Part shown: positions 30,266 to 42,917 of the stretch, in pieces
Numbering within the stretch: position 1 is the stretch's first letter
Layout: every line of letters begins with the position of its first letter
Assembly (NCBI GenBank): GCA_963720545.1
Contig: OY970399.1
Span: 4,025,373-4,089,372 of the forward strand
Direction of reading: 5' to 3'
From: an uncultured Acidobacteriota bacterium
Lineage (GTDB): Bacteria; Acidobacteriota; Vicinamibacteria; Fen-336
Length of the DNA: 64,000 nt
Position numbers and translations under genes: made by a program
Notes under the pieces: generated by a model
Told to the model about the DNA's origin: nothing
Seen by the model: the letters and a program-made list of their open reading frames with translations, nothing else
The model's database searches: none

Positions 30266-32542
30266 TCAGCGCTTGGCGCGGGCGCGCGCCGTGGGCTGCC
30301 GGCGATTGCCGGTATCGGCCACGGCGGTGCCGGCCGGCAGGCTGTCGAGGTACGCGCGCACGCCGCCGACCAGGCTCTGGGCAATGGTGTCGCGGTAGCC
30401 GTCCTTCTTCAGGAGCGACTCCTCTTCGGGGTGGCTCACGAACGCGATCTCGGACAGCACGCTCGGCATGGTGGCGCCGATCAGCACGTAGAAGGGCGCC
30501 GTGTGCACGCCGCGGTCGGGGATCTCCGGGTTCATCGAGCGCACGTTCTCCACCATCGATTCCTGCACCGCTGAGGCGAAGTCGCGGCTCTCGGGAATCT
30601 TGCTGTTGAGCATGATGGTCTTCACCAGGCCCTGCAGGTCCTTCATGGTGCCCGACGACACCGCGTTCTCGCGCGCCGCCACCGATTCCGCGTGCGGCGT
30701 GCCGGCGAAGTTCAGGTAGTAGGTCTCGATGCCGCGCGCCTTGCGGCTGCGGCTGCTGTTGGCGTGGATCGAGAGGAACAGGTCGGCGCCCTTGGCGTTG
30801 GCGATGGCGGTGCGCTCCTCGAGCGGGATGAACACGTCGCTGTCGCGGGTCATGACCACCTCGACGCCCAGCTCGTTGCGCAGCATCTGCGCCACGCGCA
30901 GCGCCACGTCGAGCACCAGGTCCTTCTCCTGCAGGCCGCCATGGCCGATGGTGCCCGGGTCGTGGCCGCCGTGGCCGGCATCGATGACGATCTTGCGCGC
31001 CTTGAGGCCGAGCTGCCGGGCGAGGCTGTAGGAGCCGCTGCGGTTCGTCTGCGGCGGTGCCGACGGCATGGCGCGCACCACGACCGGAGCGGGCGTCGCT
31101 GCGGGCGTCGGTTCGGGCTTCGTTTCAGGCTTCGCTTCGGCTTTGGCTTCGGTCTTCGCCTCCGGTTCGACCTTCTTGATGCGCACCGGGTTCTTGCGCC
31201 GGTCGGGGACGCCGCTCGGCGTGGCCGACGCGATCACCGAAGGCAGGGGTGCCAGCACCACGGCGGACGCCACCGGGGGAGCAGTGAGCACCGGCGCCGT
31301 GACGGCGCTCTCTTCGGGAGCCTTCGCCTTGTGCTGGTCTTCGGAGGTCATCACCGTCTCGCTGGCGGCTGCGGCGTCGGCTTCTTTTAGCGCGCCCGCC
31401 GGGGCCGCCGCGGCCTGGTCGATGGCGGAGTCGATGCCGCGCGGCACGTGTGGCGGCGGGGTGATGCCGGCAGGGTTCGTCACCGCTGCTGTTTGCACGG
31501 GCTCCTCAGGAGCTTCGGCAACAGCAGGCGCCGCTGCAGGCGGTGCTGTGCCCGGCAGCGGCGACGAAGCAGGCGCGGCTGCGGCGCTCGCAACGGCGGG
31601 TTCCGGGCCCTGCGCGTCGATCACGAGCCGCAGCGGATTCTGCAGGTAGAAGACCGAGTAGGTGCGCAGGTCGGCGAAGTCGAGCACCAGGTCCACGTCG
31701 TTGCCGGTGCGCGGCACCAGCTGCGCGCCGCGCAGCAGGCCGTCGTCGCGGTGCACGACCTTGTCGGCGAGGTTCGGGTGCAGGCGCGCGTTCGCGAGGC
31801 CCACCACCAGGCGGTTCGCGTCGTCGCCGCCGCGAGCGTGGTGCAGCTCCACCGTCTTGTCGAGGTCGAGGACCACGCGCACCGAGTTGTCGCCGCCCCA
31901 CTGGCGCAGGTCGAAGACTTCCGAGGTGCCTGGCGGGGGAGGCGCCGGCAGGCTCGCCACTTTTTCGGGCGCGCGCTTCTTCATCCCCTCGCGCAGGTCG
32001 GCGGCGTGCGTGCCGCGCGGATAAGCGGCGAGATACGCGCGGGCCGCTTCGCTCGTCTTGTCCTTGCCGGCACCCGAAGTGTCGCGGCTCAGTTCGTAGA
32101 CCGCGTAGAGCGCCGGGTCGCCGAGCTTGCTGGCCGGGTACTCGGACACGATCCAGCGGTACGACTTGACCGCCTCGGCGCGGTAGCGGGCGCTCGCGAA
32201 CCGCTCGCCCATCTCGCGGTACAGGTTGCCCATGTTGAGGAGCGCGTCGTCGCACAGCGCACTCTTCGGATAGCGGTCCACGACCCTGCGGAAGCGCAGC
32301 GCCGCGGCCTCCCAGTTGGCGCGATTCTTCTGCCGTGACGTGCTCTTCCTGAGCGCCGCGGAGTACACGCGCGCCTGGTCGTAGAGCGCGCTGTCGGGCC
32401 TGGCGGTGGCGGCCACGGAAGCCGCAGGCTTGCGCGCCGCCGGCTTGCGGCTGCGCTTGCGCGCGGCTTCGGCGGGGACGCAGAGTATCGCGACCAGCGC
32501 GGCCGCAGCCACCAGGCGCAGCGCCGCCTTCACTTGGGCCAT
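30266..32542 (-). CDS. N-acetylmuramoyl-L-alanine amidase (TPR + AMIN + Pro/Ala linker + Amidase_3)
   Basis: IVIDAGHGGHDPG, EKDLVL, SIHAN, EIAF; alternative GTG start at 32533. Confidence 0.92.
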   Translation of the reverse strand: MAQVKAALRLVAAAALVAILCVPAEAARKRSRKPAARKPAASVAATARPDSALYDQARVYSAALRKSTSRQKNRANWEAAALRFRRVVDRYPKSALCDDALLNMGNLYREMGERFASARYRAEAVKSYRWIVSEYPASKLGDPALYAVYELSRDTSGAGKDKTSEAARAYLAAYPRGTHAADLREGMKKRAPEKVASLPAPPPPGTSEVFDLRQWGGDNSVRVVLDLDKTVELHHARGGDDANRLVVGLANARLHPNLADKVVHRDDGLLRGAQLVPRTGNDVDLVLDFADLRTYSVFYLQNPLRLVIDAQGPEPAVASAAAAPASSPLPGTAPPAAAPAVAEAPEEPVQTAAVTNPAGITPPPHVPRGIDSAIDQAAAAPAGALKEADAAAASETVMTSEDQHKAKAPEESAVTAPVLTAPPVASAVVLAPLPSVIASATPSGVPDRRKNPVRIKKVEPEAKTEAKAEAKPETKPEPTPAATPAPVVVRAMPSAPPQTNRSGSYSLARQLGLKARKIVIDAGHGGHDPGTIGHGGLQEKDLVLDVALRVAQMLRNELGVEVVMTRDSDVFIPLEERTAIANAKGADLFLSIHANSSRSRKARGIETYYLNFAGTPHAESVAARENAVSSGTMKDLQGLVKTIMLNSKIPESRDFASAVQESMVENVRSMNPEIPDRGVHTAPFYVLIGATMPSVLSEIAFVSHPEEESLLKKDGYRDTIAQSLVGGVRAYLDSLPAGTAVADTGNRRQPTARARAKR

Positions 32543-34905
32543 GCGTCCACCGTCTCGTAGTAATCGGCCGCCACCAGGATCTCGCGCGCCTTCGAACCAT
32601 CGGCCGGGCCGATGATGCCGTCGCGCTCCATGATGTCGACCAGCCGGCCGGCGCGGGAGAAGCCGATGCGGAAGCGCCGCTGCAGCATGCTGGTCGAGGC
32701 CTGGCCGGAGGTCACCACGAAGCGCACCGCCTCGTCGAACAGCTCGTCCTTGTCGTCGTTGGCCGCGGCGCGTTCGGCGGCCGCCTGCTCGGTCTTGCCG
32801 ACGGTGTCGTCGTAGGAGGGCTTGCCCATGCCGCGCAGGCACTGCGTCAGCCGCGCGATCTCCACCTCGGTGACGAAGGCGCCGTGTATGCGCATCAGGC
32901 GCGCGCTGCCCGGCGGCAGGAACAGCATGTCGCCGCGACCCAGCAGGCGCTCGGCGCCGATCGAGTCGAGGATGGTGCGGCTGTCCACCCGCGCCGCGAC
33001 GCGGAACGAGATGCGCGACGGGAAGTTCGCCTTGATGAGGCCGGTGATGACGTCGACCGACGGCCGCTGGGTGGCGAGGATCAGGTGGATGCCCACCGCG
33101 CGCGCCATCTGCGCGAGCCGCGTGATCGACTCCTCCACCTCGCGCGCCGAGACCATCATCAGGTCGGCGAGCTCGTCGATGATGATGACGATGTAGTGCA
33201 GGGGCTTCAGGTCCTCGGAGCCGCTCTGCGCCTGCTCGTTGCGGACGATGTTGTTGAACTGGTCGATGTTGCGCACGCCTTCGCCGGCCAGCATGCGGAT
33301 GCGCTTTTCCATCTCCGTCACCGCCCACTTGAGGACGTTGGCGGCGACCTTGGGATCGGTGACGACCGGGGTCAGCAGGTGCGGGATGTCCTCGTAGACG
33401 CCGAGCTCCAGCCGCTTGGGGTCGATGAGGATCAGGCGGCACTCGTCGGGCGTGCACTTGAACAGGATGCTCGCGATCATGCAGTTGAGGCCGACGCTCT
33501 TGCCGGTGCCGGTGGAGCCGGCGATCAACAGGTGCGGCATCGCGGCGAGGTCGGAAACGCAGGTTTCGCCGCCGACCGTCTTGCCGAGTGCCAGCGTCAG
33601 GCGTCCCGGCGACTTGCGGAAGGCGTCCGACTCGAGGATCTCGCGCAGCGAGATGATCTCGCGGGTCTCGTTGGGGATCTCGACGCCCACGGTGCCGCGG
33701 CCGCTCATGCGGTCGATGCGCAGCGCCTCGGCTTCGAGCGCCAGCGACAGGTCGTCCGCGAGGCCGACGATCTTCGAATACTTGACGCCGGCGTCGGGCT
33801 TGAACTCGTAGGTGGTGACGACCGGACCGGGGTGGATCTCGACAACGCTGCCGTGCACGTCGAACTCGGCGCTCTTGCTTTCGAGCGTGCGGGCGCGTTC
33901 GAACAGGCGGTCCTTGTCCATCCTGCCTTCGGAGACGATCGCGTCGAGGAGCGACGTGGGCGGCAGCGGGCCGTCGGCGGCGATGCCGCCCGCCACCTCG
34001 CCGCGCGCGCGCCGCTTCGGCTTCGGCGCCTCGGGTTCGGCCTCCGCCGCGAAATCACGATCGGGCCGGGCGCGCGGTTGCGGGGCGGGCGGCGCCGGGG
34101 ACGTCGGCGCAAGTAGCGCGCTGGCGCGGATGCGTGGCTGGGCCGGCGCGGGCTTCGGCGCTTCCGCCTCGGCCGCGACCAGGTCTTCGTCGAGCACCGC
34201 CGCCGCCGGCTGGGCGCGGCCGCGCGGGTTCTCGGCGGGTGCCTCTTCCTGGCGCCGCAGCGTGTGCTTGCGGACCACGTCCTGGCGCAGGTTCTCCTTG
34301 CGGCGCGTCTCGCGGTAGTGCGCCCACGCGGTCATGAGGGCGCGCACCCGGCCCTGCACGAGCGCCCACGCGCCGCGCAGGAAAGCCGCGAACGAGAACT
34401 GGGTGGTGAGGATCACCGAGACGATCAGCAAGGTGAGCACGATGATGTAGGCGCCGGGGCGGTTGAAGCGTTCGGTGAGCCAGTCGGAAAGCAGCTGCCC
34501 GGTGGCGCCGCCGGCACGGACGTTGTCGGCCTCGAAGGAGACGGTGCCGATGGCGAGGGTGAGGAACGCCGTCAGCATGAGCATCAGGAGCCCAAGGCCG
34601 GCCGCCTTCGTATAAGGCGCCTCGACCGGCCGGCACCAGAAGAGCTTCCAGCCCCAGACCGCGAACACCACCGGGAGCACCATCGCGGCGAGGCCGAAGA
34701 GCTGCGGGATCAGGAGCTCGGCGATGAAGGCGCCGGTGGGTCCGATCCAGTTGCGCGCGTGGCCGCCCGCGCCGGCCTTGAAAAAAGGCGCCGGATCGGC
34801 CGGGTTGTAACTCGCCAGGCTGATGAGGAGAAGAACCGAGACGGCCAGGGTGAAAAGGCCCAGGAACTCGGAGAACCGCTGCTGCGTTTTGTCGGCCGTT
34901 GCCAT
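32530..34905 (-). CDS. ftsK: DNA translocase FtsK
   Basis: 4TM N-terminus, GSTGTGKS, IDELADLM, ATQRPSVDV, gamma domain LQRRFRIGFSRA. Confidence 0.97.
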   Translation of the reverse strand: MATADKTQQRFSEFLGLFTLAVSVLLLISLASYNPADPAPFFKAGAGGHARNWIGPTGAFIAELLIPQLFGLAAMVLPVVFAVWGWKLFWCRPVEAPYTKAAGLGLLMLMLTAFLTLAIGTVSFEADNVRAGGATGQLLSDWLTERFNRPGAYIIVLTLLIVSVILTTQFSFAAFLRGAWALVQGRVRALMTAWAHYRETRRKENLRQDVVRKHTLRRQEEAPAENPRGRAQPAAAVLDEDLVAAEAEAPKPAPAQPRIRASALLAPTSPAPPAPQPRARPDRDFAAEAEPEAPKPKRRARGEVAGGIAADGPLPPTSLLDAIVSEGRMDKDRLFERARTLESKSAEFDVHGSVVEIHPGPVVTTYEFKPDAGVKYSKIVGLADDLSLALEAEALRIDRMSGRGTVGVEIPNETREIISLREILESDAFRKSPGRLTLALGKTVGGETCVSDLAAMPHLLIAGSTGTGKSVGLNCMIASILFKCTPDECRLILIDPKRLELGVYEDIPHLLTPVVTDPKVAANVLKWAVTEMEKRIRMLAGEGVRNIDQFNNIVRNEQAQSGSEDLKPLHYIVIIIDELADLMMVSAREVEESITRLAQMARAVGIHLILATQRPSVDVITGLIKANFPSRISFRVAARVDSRTILDSIGAERLLGRGDMLFLPPGSARLMRIHGAFVTEVEIARLTQCLRGMGKPSYDDTVGKTEQAAAERAAANDDKDELFDEAVRFVVTSGQASTSMLQRRFRIGFSRAGRLVDIMERDGIIGPADGSKAREILVAADYYETVDAWPK

Positions 34906-34934
34906 TCGTGCTTTTCGGCCCAAACCCAAGCCGA

Positions 34935-35699
34935 TCAGTTGGTTAATGTAGCACGAAGGCTTTCGTACAAAGTGAGGAATTCCACAACTGATAGCGTTTC
35001 CGGGCGCCGCGCACCCTCGATATCGAGTAACTTCAAGTGTTCCTTGAGGTTAGGCCAAATCGGAGCCAGATTGTTCCAGAGCGTTTTTCTGCGGTGGACG
35101 AACGCCTTTTCCACGAATCCCCGGAAGGCTTCCAGGTCGATTGTCGGCGCCGGCCGCTTGAACGCGAGGCGCACTACCGCCGACTCCACCTCGGGGGGTG
35201 GATCGAACGCCTGCGGGCCGAGCCGCATCGGCACCGAGACGTCGGCGACGAGTTGGGCGACGACCGACAGGATGCCGTAGCTTTTCAGCCCCGGGGGAGA
35301 GGCGACCCGCTCGGCCACTTCGAGCTGCACCATGACGTGCGCGTCGCGCGCGTGCGCGTGCAGCGCCAGGATGCGCCGCAGCAGAGGGCTGCCGATGTAG
35401 TAGGGAAGGTTGCCGGCGATGCGGCCTCCCGGCGGGAGCAGCGCCTGCAGGTCCACTTCGAGGGCGTCGCCCGAGGTCACCGCAAGGTTCGCGGGTCCGC
35501 GCATGCGCAGCACGTCCGCGAGACGCTCGTCGAGTTCGACCGCGCTCACGGTGCGCGAGCGCCCGGCGAGCGGCAGGGTGAGAGCGCCGCGGCCGGGACC
35601 GATCTCGAGGAAATCGTCCTGCGGCTGCGGGTCGATGACGCGCAGCAGTTCGCTGACGCCGTTGCTGCGGAGGAAGTGCTGGCCAAGGCGCCGCCGCAT
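34935..35699 (-). CDS. rsmA: 16S rRNA m6(2)A dimethyltransferase
   Basis: LGQHFL, EIGPGRG, NLPY, PPPEVES; start could be 35717. Confidence 0.95.
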   Translation of the reverse strand: MRRRLGQHFLRSNGVSELLRVIDPQPQDDFLEIGPGRGALTLPLAGRSRTVSAVELDERLADVLRMRGPANLAVTSGDALEVDLQALLPPGGRIAGNLPYYIGSPLLRRILALHAHARDAHVMVQLEVAERVASPPGLKSYGILSVVAQLVADVSVPMRLGPQAFDPPPEVESAVVRLAFKRPAPTIDLEAFRGFVEKAFVHRRKTLWNNLAPIWPNLKEHLKLLDIEGARRPETLSVVEFLTLYESLRATLTN

Positions 35700-35750
35700 G
35701 GATCGTGGCTCGATCATACCGGCCCGGATCTGTTACCGTTCAGCGGCTTA

Positions 35751-37205
35751 ATGAACTCCCTGCATGTCGCGCTGGTTTCAGCCGAAGTCACACCCTTCGT
35801 GAAGACCGGCGGCCTCGGCGACATCGCCGGCGCGCTGCCGCGTGCGCTCGCGAAGCTGGGCCACCGCACCACGGTGTTCGTGCCCCGCTACCGCAGCGTC
35901 AAGCCGCCCGAAGGCGAGTGGGACGGCTCAACCCACGTGCGCGTCGACGCGGTCGATCGCATTGCCGGCTACTACCGCTGCCGCACGTCGCCGTCGGTCG
36001 ATACCGTCTTCATCGAGCATGCGCCCTTCTACGACCGCGGCGGCGGGCCGTACGGCGATGCGCTGGGCGCCTTCGACGACAACCATTTGCGGTTTGCGTT
36101 CCTGTCGCGCGCGGCGATCGAGTACTTCCGCATGCGCGGCGAGCGCCCGAGCGTCTTCCACGCGAACGACTGGCACACCGGCCTGCTGCCCGTCTACCTG
36201 AAGGCGATGTACTGGAGCGACCCGCTGCTCGCGCGCATGCCGAGCGTCTACTCCATCCACAACCTCGCCTACCAGGGCAACTTCGCGAAGAGCGTGCTCG
36301 ACACGCTCGGCTTCCCCCGCCACCTCGGCGACGGGCCCGCGCTCGAGTTCGACACCGGTGTCAGCTACATGAAGGGCGGCATCCTGTTCGCCGAAGCGGT
36401 CAATACCGTGTCGCCGCACTACGCCGACGAAGTGCGCACGCCCGAGCTGGGGCTGCGCTTCGACCAGATCCTGCGCTCGCGCGGCGCCGACTTCAGCGGC
36501 ATCCTGAACGGCGTCGACTACGACGAATGGGACCCGCGCAACGACCGCATGATCGCGCACCGCTTCGCCGCCGACGACCTGAGCGGCAAGGCGGCCTGCA
36601 AGGCCGACCTGCTGCGCGCCTATGGCCTGCCCGAGTTTCCCGACCTGCCGCTCGTCGGCATCACCTCGCGGCTGGTCGCGCAGAAGGGCATCGACCTCGT
36701 CACCTCGGCCTGGGGCGACTTCCTGCGCCGGCCGATCCGGCTGGTGATGCTCGGCGAGGGTGAGAGCGCGGTGCAGGACGGCTTCCACCGCATGCGCGCC
36801 GCGGCGCCCGACCGGGTCGGCGTGCGCATCGGCTACGATGCGCGGCTCGCGCACCAGATCGAGGCCGGCGCCGACATGTTCCTGGTGCCGTCGCGCTTCG
36901 AGCCGTGCGGCCTGACGCAGATGTACAGCCTGCGCTACGGCACGGCGCCCATCGTGCGCTCCACCGGCGGCCTCGTCGACACCGTCTCGCATCACACGCC
37001 GGGCTCGGACAGCGGCACCGGCTTTCGCTTCAACGACGCCGACAGCACTGCACTCCTGTGGGCCCTCGACCAGGCGCTCTCGAGTTACGTGCGCAAGGAC
37101 GAATGGCAGGCCCTGCAGCGGCGCGGCATGGCGATGGATTTTTCGTGGGACCGTTCCGCGGCGCAGTACGTCGATCTTTACCAGGACGCCGCGCTCCGCG
37201 CCTAG
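35751..37205 (+). CDS. glgA: Glycogen synthase
   Basis: KTGGLGD, HANDWHT, HNLAYQG, PSRFEPCGLTQ. Confidence 0.96.
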   Translation: MNSLHVALVSAEVTPFVKTGGLGDIAGALPRALAKLGHRTTVFVPRYRSVKPPEGEWDGSTHVRVDAVDRIAGYYRCRTSPSVDTVFIEHAPFYDRGGGPYGDALGAFDDNHLRFAFLSRAAIEYFRMRGERPSVFHANDWHTGLLPVYLKAMYWSDPLLARMPSVYSIHNLAYQGNFAKSVLDTLGFPRHLGDGPALEFDTGVSYMKGGILFAEAVNTVSPHYADEVRTPELGLRFDQILRSRGADFSGILNGVDYDEWDPRNDRMIAHRFAADDLSGKAACKADLLRAYGLPEFPDLPLVGITSRLVAQKGIDLVTSAWGDFLRRPIRLVMLGEGESAVQDGFHRMRAAAPDRVGVRIGYDARLAHQIEAGADMFLVPSRFEPCGLTQMYSLRYGTAPIVRSTGGLVDTVSHHTPGSDSGTGFRFNDADSTALLWALDQALSSYVRKDEWQALQRRGMAMDFSWDRSAAQYVDLYQDAALRA

Positions 37206-38346
37206 TCGATCTCCATCAATTGGTCCGAGGCGGGCCGCCGCGGCGGCTTCGAACGAGCCGGCGCCGTGCGTGGCGCGGGTGCAATGGGAATCGCTGCCGC
37301 CGCGGTGCCGCCGAGCTGCGCGAACGCGTCCGCCAGGTCCTGCGTCGTTGCGTCGACGCCGCGCGCGTGCAGCCGCACCCAGTGGCCGATGAGCGGATCC
37401 ACGAACACGTAGCGCTTGCGCACCATCGCGAGCGCGTCCACCTGCACCAGCCACTGCAGGTACTCGCGCAGCGCTCCGGGCGTGCGCCCGAGCGCCTTGC
37501 ACAAGGAAGTGAGGTTCTGTCCCGGCTCTTCCGCCACCGCCTGCAGCACCGCCTTGCAGATGCCGTAGCCGCGGCTGCGCAGCAGCAGGGCCTCGTGCGT
37601 GTGCCGGCACAGCGACTCGATGCGGCCGCCGCCGGCCATCGCCTCCAGCCAGGCGGCCCGCAGCTCCGGCGCGCCTGCATCGAGGAGCGCGTCGAGATAG
37701 CGCGGCATGCCCGCGCTCACCGCATGCACCGCGGCGCCGTCCCACCGGGCACCGCTGGCGCGCACAGCCTGCGCGGTCTCCGCGGCATCGAGGGGCCGCG
37801 CGAGCATCGCCTCGAGGCCGAAGACCTTGCGCGCAACTGTCGGGTAGGAGGTTGCGAGCACCGTGCCGCCGTTGCGGGCGCGCATCGCCTTCACGAACGG
37901 CGAGGCGACGCCGCGCAGGTCCTTGAAGTAGTCGAGCGAGCGGATTTCGGTGAACTCGTCGAAGAGCAGCGCCACCGGCGGCTTTCCCGAGGCGCCGAGC
38001 TGCGACCACAACTCGAGGAGCTTGCCCACCGCCTTCGCCACCTGGCGGCGGTCGGCCGAGCCCGCGAGGCGCCTGATCTCGGTGGCGAGCGGCAATGCGG
38101 GCGCGGCGGCCGCTGCGGGAATGACGTCGAGGGCGATGCGCAGGAAGCGCTCCGGCGACGAGGCGGCGCCCATCAGGTCGAGCCGCACGACCGTGACGCC
38201 CTCGCGCTGCAGCGTCTTCTGCAGCCGGCGCAGCAGCGTCGTCTTGCCGGCGCCCGGCGGCCCGGCGAGCACCATCGGCGCCTCGCCGCGCGCGCCTTCG
38301 AGCAACGCCTGCTCGAGGTCGTCGCGGCGGAAGTCGACGCGCGCCA

Positions 38347-38347
<1 letters not shown>
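37202..38347 (-). CDS. P-loop ATPase (archaeal-ATPase-like) with C-terminal winged HTH
   Basis: GPPGAGKT, LLFDEF, GMPRYL, YVFVDPLI..W. Confidence 0.7.
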
Positions 38348-40002
<1,655 letters not shown>

Positions 40003-40006
40003 CGCG

Positions 40007-41551
40007 CTACTCCAGCACCGTGCCCACGGCCGCGGCCGCGGCGGCCAGGGCGCCTGCTTCGACGAGGACGGCGGCCGCCTCGATATCGACGCCGAGCGGC
40101 CGGTCGGTGTCGTAGGCGCTCACCACCGAACGCAGGCGCGCGTGTGCCGCCTCGAGCGCCACCGACGAGCGCATCGGCCGGTGGAATTCGAGCGCCTGAG
40201 CGGCACAGAGCGTCTCGATCGCGAGGATGCGGCGCACGTTCGCCACCACCCGGCGGCACTTCATCGCCGCGTGCGCGCCCATCGAGACGTGGTCCTCCTT
40301 GTTGGCCGAGGTGGGGATGGAGTCGACGCTCGCCGGATGCGCGAGCACCTTGTTCTCCGACGCGAGCGCCGCCGCGGTGACCTGCGCGATCATGAAGCCG
40401 GAGCGCAGGCCGCCCTCGGAGGTGAGGAACGCGGGCAGCCCCGAGAGGTTCGCGTTCACGAGCCGTTCGGTGCGCCGCTCGCTGATGGCGCCGAGCTCGG
40501 CAACCGCGATGGTGAGGAAGTCGGCGCAAAGGGCCATCGGCGCGCCGTGGAAGTTGCCGCCGGAGAGCAGCTCGCCGCTCTCGGCGAACACCAGCGGGTT
40601 GTCGGTGGCGGAATTCATCTCGATCGCCGCTGCCCGCGCGACGTGCGCGAGCGTATCGCGCACCGCGCCGTGCACCTGCGGCATGCAGCGCAGGCTGTAG
40701 GCGTCCTGGACGCGCCCGCAGTTGCGGTGCGATTCGCGCAGCGAACTGCCGGCCAGCAGCTGCGCCAGGTTGCGCGCGGACGCGAGCTGGCCCGGGTGCG
40801 GCCGCAGCCCGTGAATGCGCGGGTCGAAGGCGACATCGGTGCCGAGCAGCGCGTCGAGCGACATCGCCCCGGCGACGTCGGCCTCGCAGCACAGGCGCTG
40901 CACTTCGGCGATCGCGAGCGCCAGCAGCCCGGTCATCATCTGGGTGCCGTTGATGAGCGCCAGGCCCTCCTTCGCCTGCAGCGTCAGCGGCGCGAGTCCC
41001 GCGGCGCGCAGCGCCTCGGCGGCGGGCACGCGGCTGCCGTCGTACTCGCACTCGCCCTCGCCGATGAGCGCCACCGCGAGGTGGGCGAGAGGCGCCAGGT
41101 CGCCGCTGGCGCCCACCGAGCCCTGCGAAGGGATCAGCGGATGGACGCCGCGGTTCAGCATGCCGATGAGCAGCTCGAGCGTCTCCTTGCGAATGCCGGA
41201 GTAGCCGCACGCGAGCACGTTGGCGCGCAGCAGCATGAGCGCGCGGGTTTCGTCCACGCGCAGCGGCTCGCCGACGCCGGCGCAGTGGCTGCGCACCAGG
41301 TTCGCCTGCAGGATCTCGAGCTTGTCGGCGGGAATCGAGACGTCGGCGAAGTTGCCGAAACCGGTGGTGACGCCGTAGACGACGCGCCCGTCCTTCACCG
41401 CGCGCTCGACGATGGCGCGCGCGGCTTCGAGCCGCAGCAGCGACTGCGAGGCGAGCGCCACCGGCCGCCGCCGCCTGGCGATGTCCTCGAGAGCGGCGAT
41501 CGAGAGGCTGGCGCCGTCCAGGAAGAGCGGCTCGGCAGTACGCAGGGTCAT
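40007..41551 (-). CDS. hutH: Histidine ammonia-lyase
   Basis: [17 protein letters not shown] (MIO-forming ASG), [15 protein letters not shown]; adjacent to hutU. Confidence 0.96.
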   Translation of the reverse strand: MTLRTAEPLFLDGASLSIAALEDIARRRRPVALASQSLLRLEAARAIVERAVKDGRVVYGVTTGFGNFADVSIPADKLEILQANLVRSHCAGVGEPLRVDETRALMLLRANVLACGYSGIRKETLELLIGMLNRGVHPLIPSQGSVGASGDLAPLAHLAVALIGEGECEYDGSRVPAAEALRAAGLAPLTLQAKEGLALINGTQMMTGLLALAIAEVQRLCCEADVAGAMSLDALLGTDVAFDPRIHGLRPHPGQLASARNLAQLLAGSSLRESHRNCGRVQDAYSLRCMPQVHGAVRDTLAHVARAAAIEMNSATDNPLVFAESGELLSGGNFHGAPMALCADFLTIAVAELGAISERRTERLVNANLSGLPAFLTSEGGLRSGFMIAQVTAAALASENKVLAHPASVDSIPTSANKEDHVSMGAHAAMKCRRVVANVRRILAIETLCAAQALEFHRPMRSSVALEAAHARLRSVVSAYDTDRPLGVDIEAAAVLVEAGALAAAAAAVGTVLE

Positions 41552-41591
41552 CGGTTCGGTGAAGTTAGCACGGGGGTAGAATCGGCGTCCC

Positions 41592-42905
41592 GTGCCAAAC
41601 ATCGTGATCGCCGGCGCCCAATGGGGGGACGAAGGCAAAGGCAAGATCGTCGACATGCTCTGCGACCGCGTCCAGGTCGTGGCGCGTTACAACGGCGGCC
41701 ATAACGCCGGACACACGGTCATCGCCGACGGCGACAAGTTCGTGCTGCACCTGATCCCGTCGGGAATCCTGCACGACGGGATCCTGTGCGTGATGGGCCC
41801 CGGCATGGTGGTCGATCCGCTGGCGCTCGAGAAGGAGATAGCGGAGCTCGAGGGCCGCGGCATCGACGTGCGCGGCAACCTGCGCATCTCCGACCGCGCG
41901 CACCTGATCCTGCCGCACCATCGCGCCCTCGAAGCGCTGGCCGAGGCCGGCCGCGGCGATCGCAAGATCGGCACCACCCAGCGCGGCATCGGGCCCGCCT
42001 ACGAAGACAAGGCCGGCCGCCGCGGCATCCGCATGGGCGACCTGCTGCGGCCGGAGCGCCTCGCCGCCAAGCTCGCGGAAGCGAAGCGCCACTACGAGAA
42101 CCTGTGCCGCGGCGCCGGCGTCGCGCCCGAAATCGACTTCGACGCGGTCATCGTCGACCTCACCGGCTATGGGCAGCGCTTTGCGCCGATGATCCGTGAC
42201 ACGGTGCGCGTGCTCCACGAGCAAATCGCATCGGGCTACTCGGTGCTCTTCGAGGGCGCGCAGGCGACGCTCCTCGACATCGACCACGGCACCTACCCGT
42301 TCGTCACTTCGTCCTCGGCGATCGCCGGCGGCGCCGCCACCGGGCTGGGCGTGCCGCCGACGCGCATCGACGCGATCCTCGGCGTGGTCAAGGCATACAC
42401 GACGCGGGTGGGTGCCGGTCCGCTGCCTTCGGAAATGGGCGGCGACATCGAAGACCGCATTCGTGAGCGCGGCGGCGAGTATGGTGCCTCCACCGGGCGT
42501 CCGCGCCGCTGCGGCTGGTTCGACGCGGTGGTCACGCGCTACGCGACGCGCGTCAACGGCTTCGACTCGCTGGCGCTCACCAAGCTCGACGTCCTCGATG
42601 GCCTCGACGAGATCCGCATCTGCACCGGCTATTCGCTGGAAGGCGAGATCATAGAGGAGCCGCCCGCCGACATCGAGCTGCTGGAACGCTGCGCGCCGCG
42701 GTACGAAACCATGCCGGGCTGGAGCGGCGCCACCGCCTCGGTGCGCGAGTTCGACAGCCTGCCCGAACCCGCGCTGCGCTACATCGCGCGGCTGTCGGAG
42801 CTGGTGGGCGCCGAAATCGGCCTCGTCTCCACGGGCCCCGACCGCGCCGAGACCATCCTGCGGCGCAACAGCGCGCTCGCCAGCTGGTTCGACAGCCCGC
42901 TCTAG
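41592..42905 (+). CDS. purA: Adenylosuccinate synthetase
   Basis: QWGDEGKGK, GHNAGH, EGAQ, GTYPFVTSS, TGRPRRCGW. Confidence 0.98.
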   Translation: MPNIVIAGAQWGDEGKGKIVDMLCDRVQVVARYNGGHNAGHTVIADGDKFVLHLIPSGILHDGILCVMGPGMVVDPLALEKEIAELEGRGIDVRGNLRISDRAHLILPHHRALEALAEAGRGDRKIGTTQRGIGPAYEDKAGRRGIRMGDLLRPERLAAKLAEAKRHYENLCRGAGVAPEIDFDAVIVDLTGYGQRFAPMIRDTVRVLHEQIASGYSVLFEGAQATLLDIDHGTYPFVTSSSAIAGGAATGLGVPPTRIDAILGVVKAYTTRVGAGPLPSEMGGDIEDRIRERGGEYGASTGRPRRCGWFDAVVTRYATRVNGFDSLALTKLDVLDGLDEIRICTGYSLEGEIIEEPPADIELLERCAPRYETMPGWSGATASVREFDSLPEPALRYIARLSELVGAEIGLVSTGPDRAETILRRNSALASWFDSPL

Positions 42906-42917
42906 CCGCGCGCGCCG

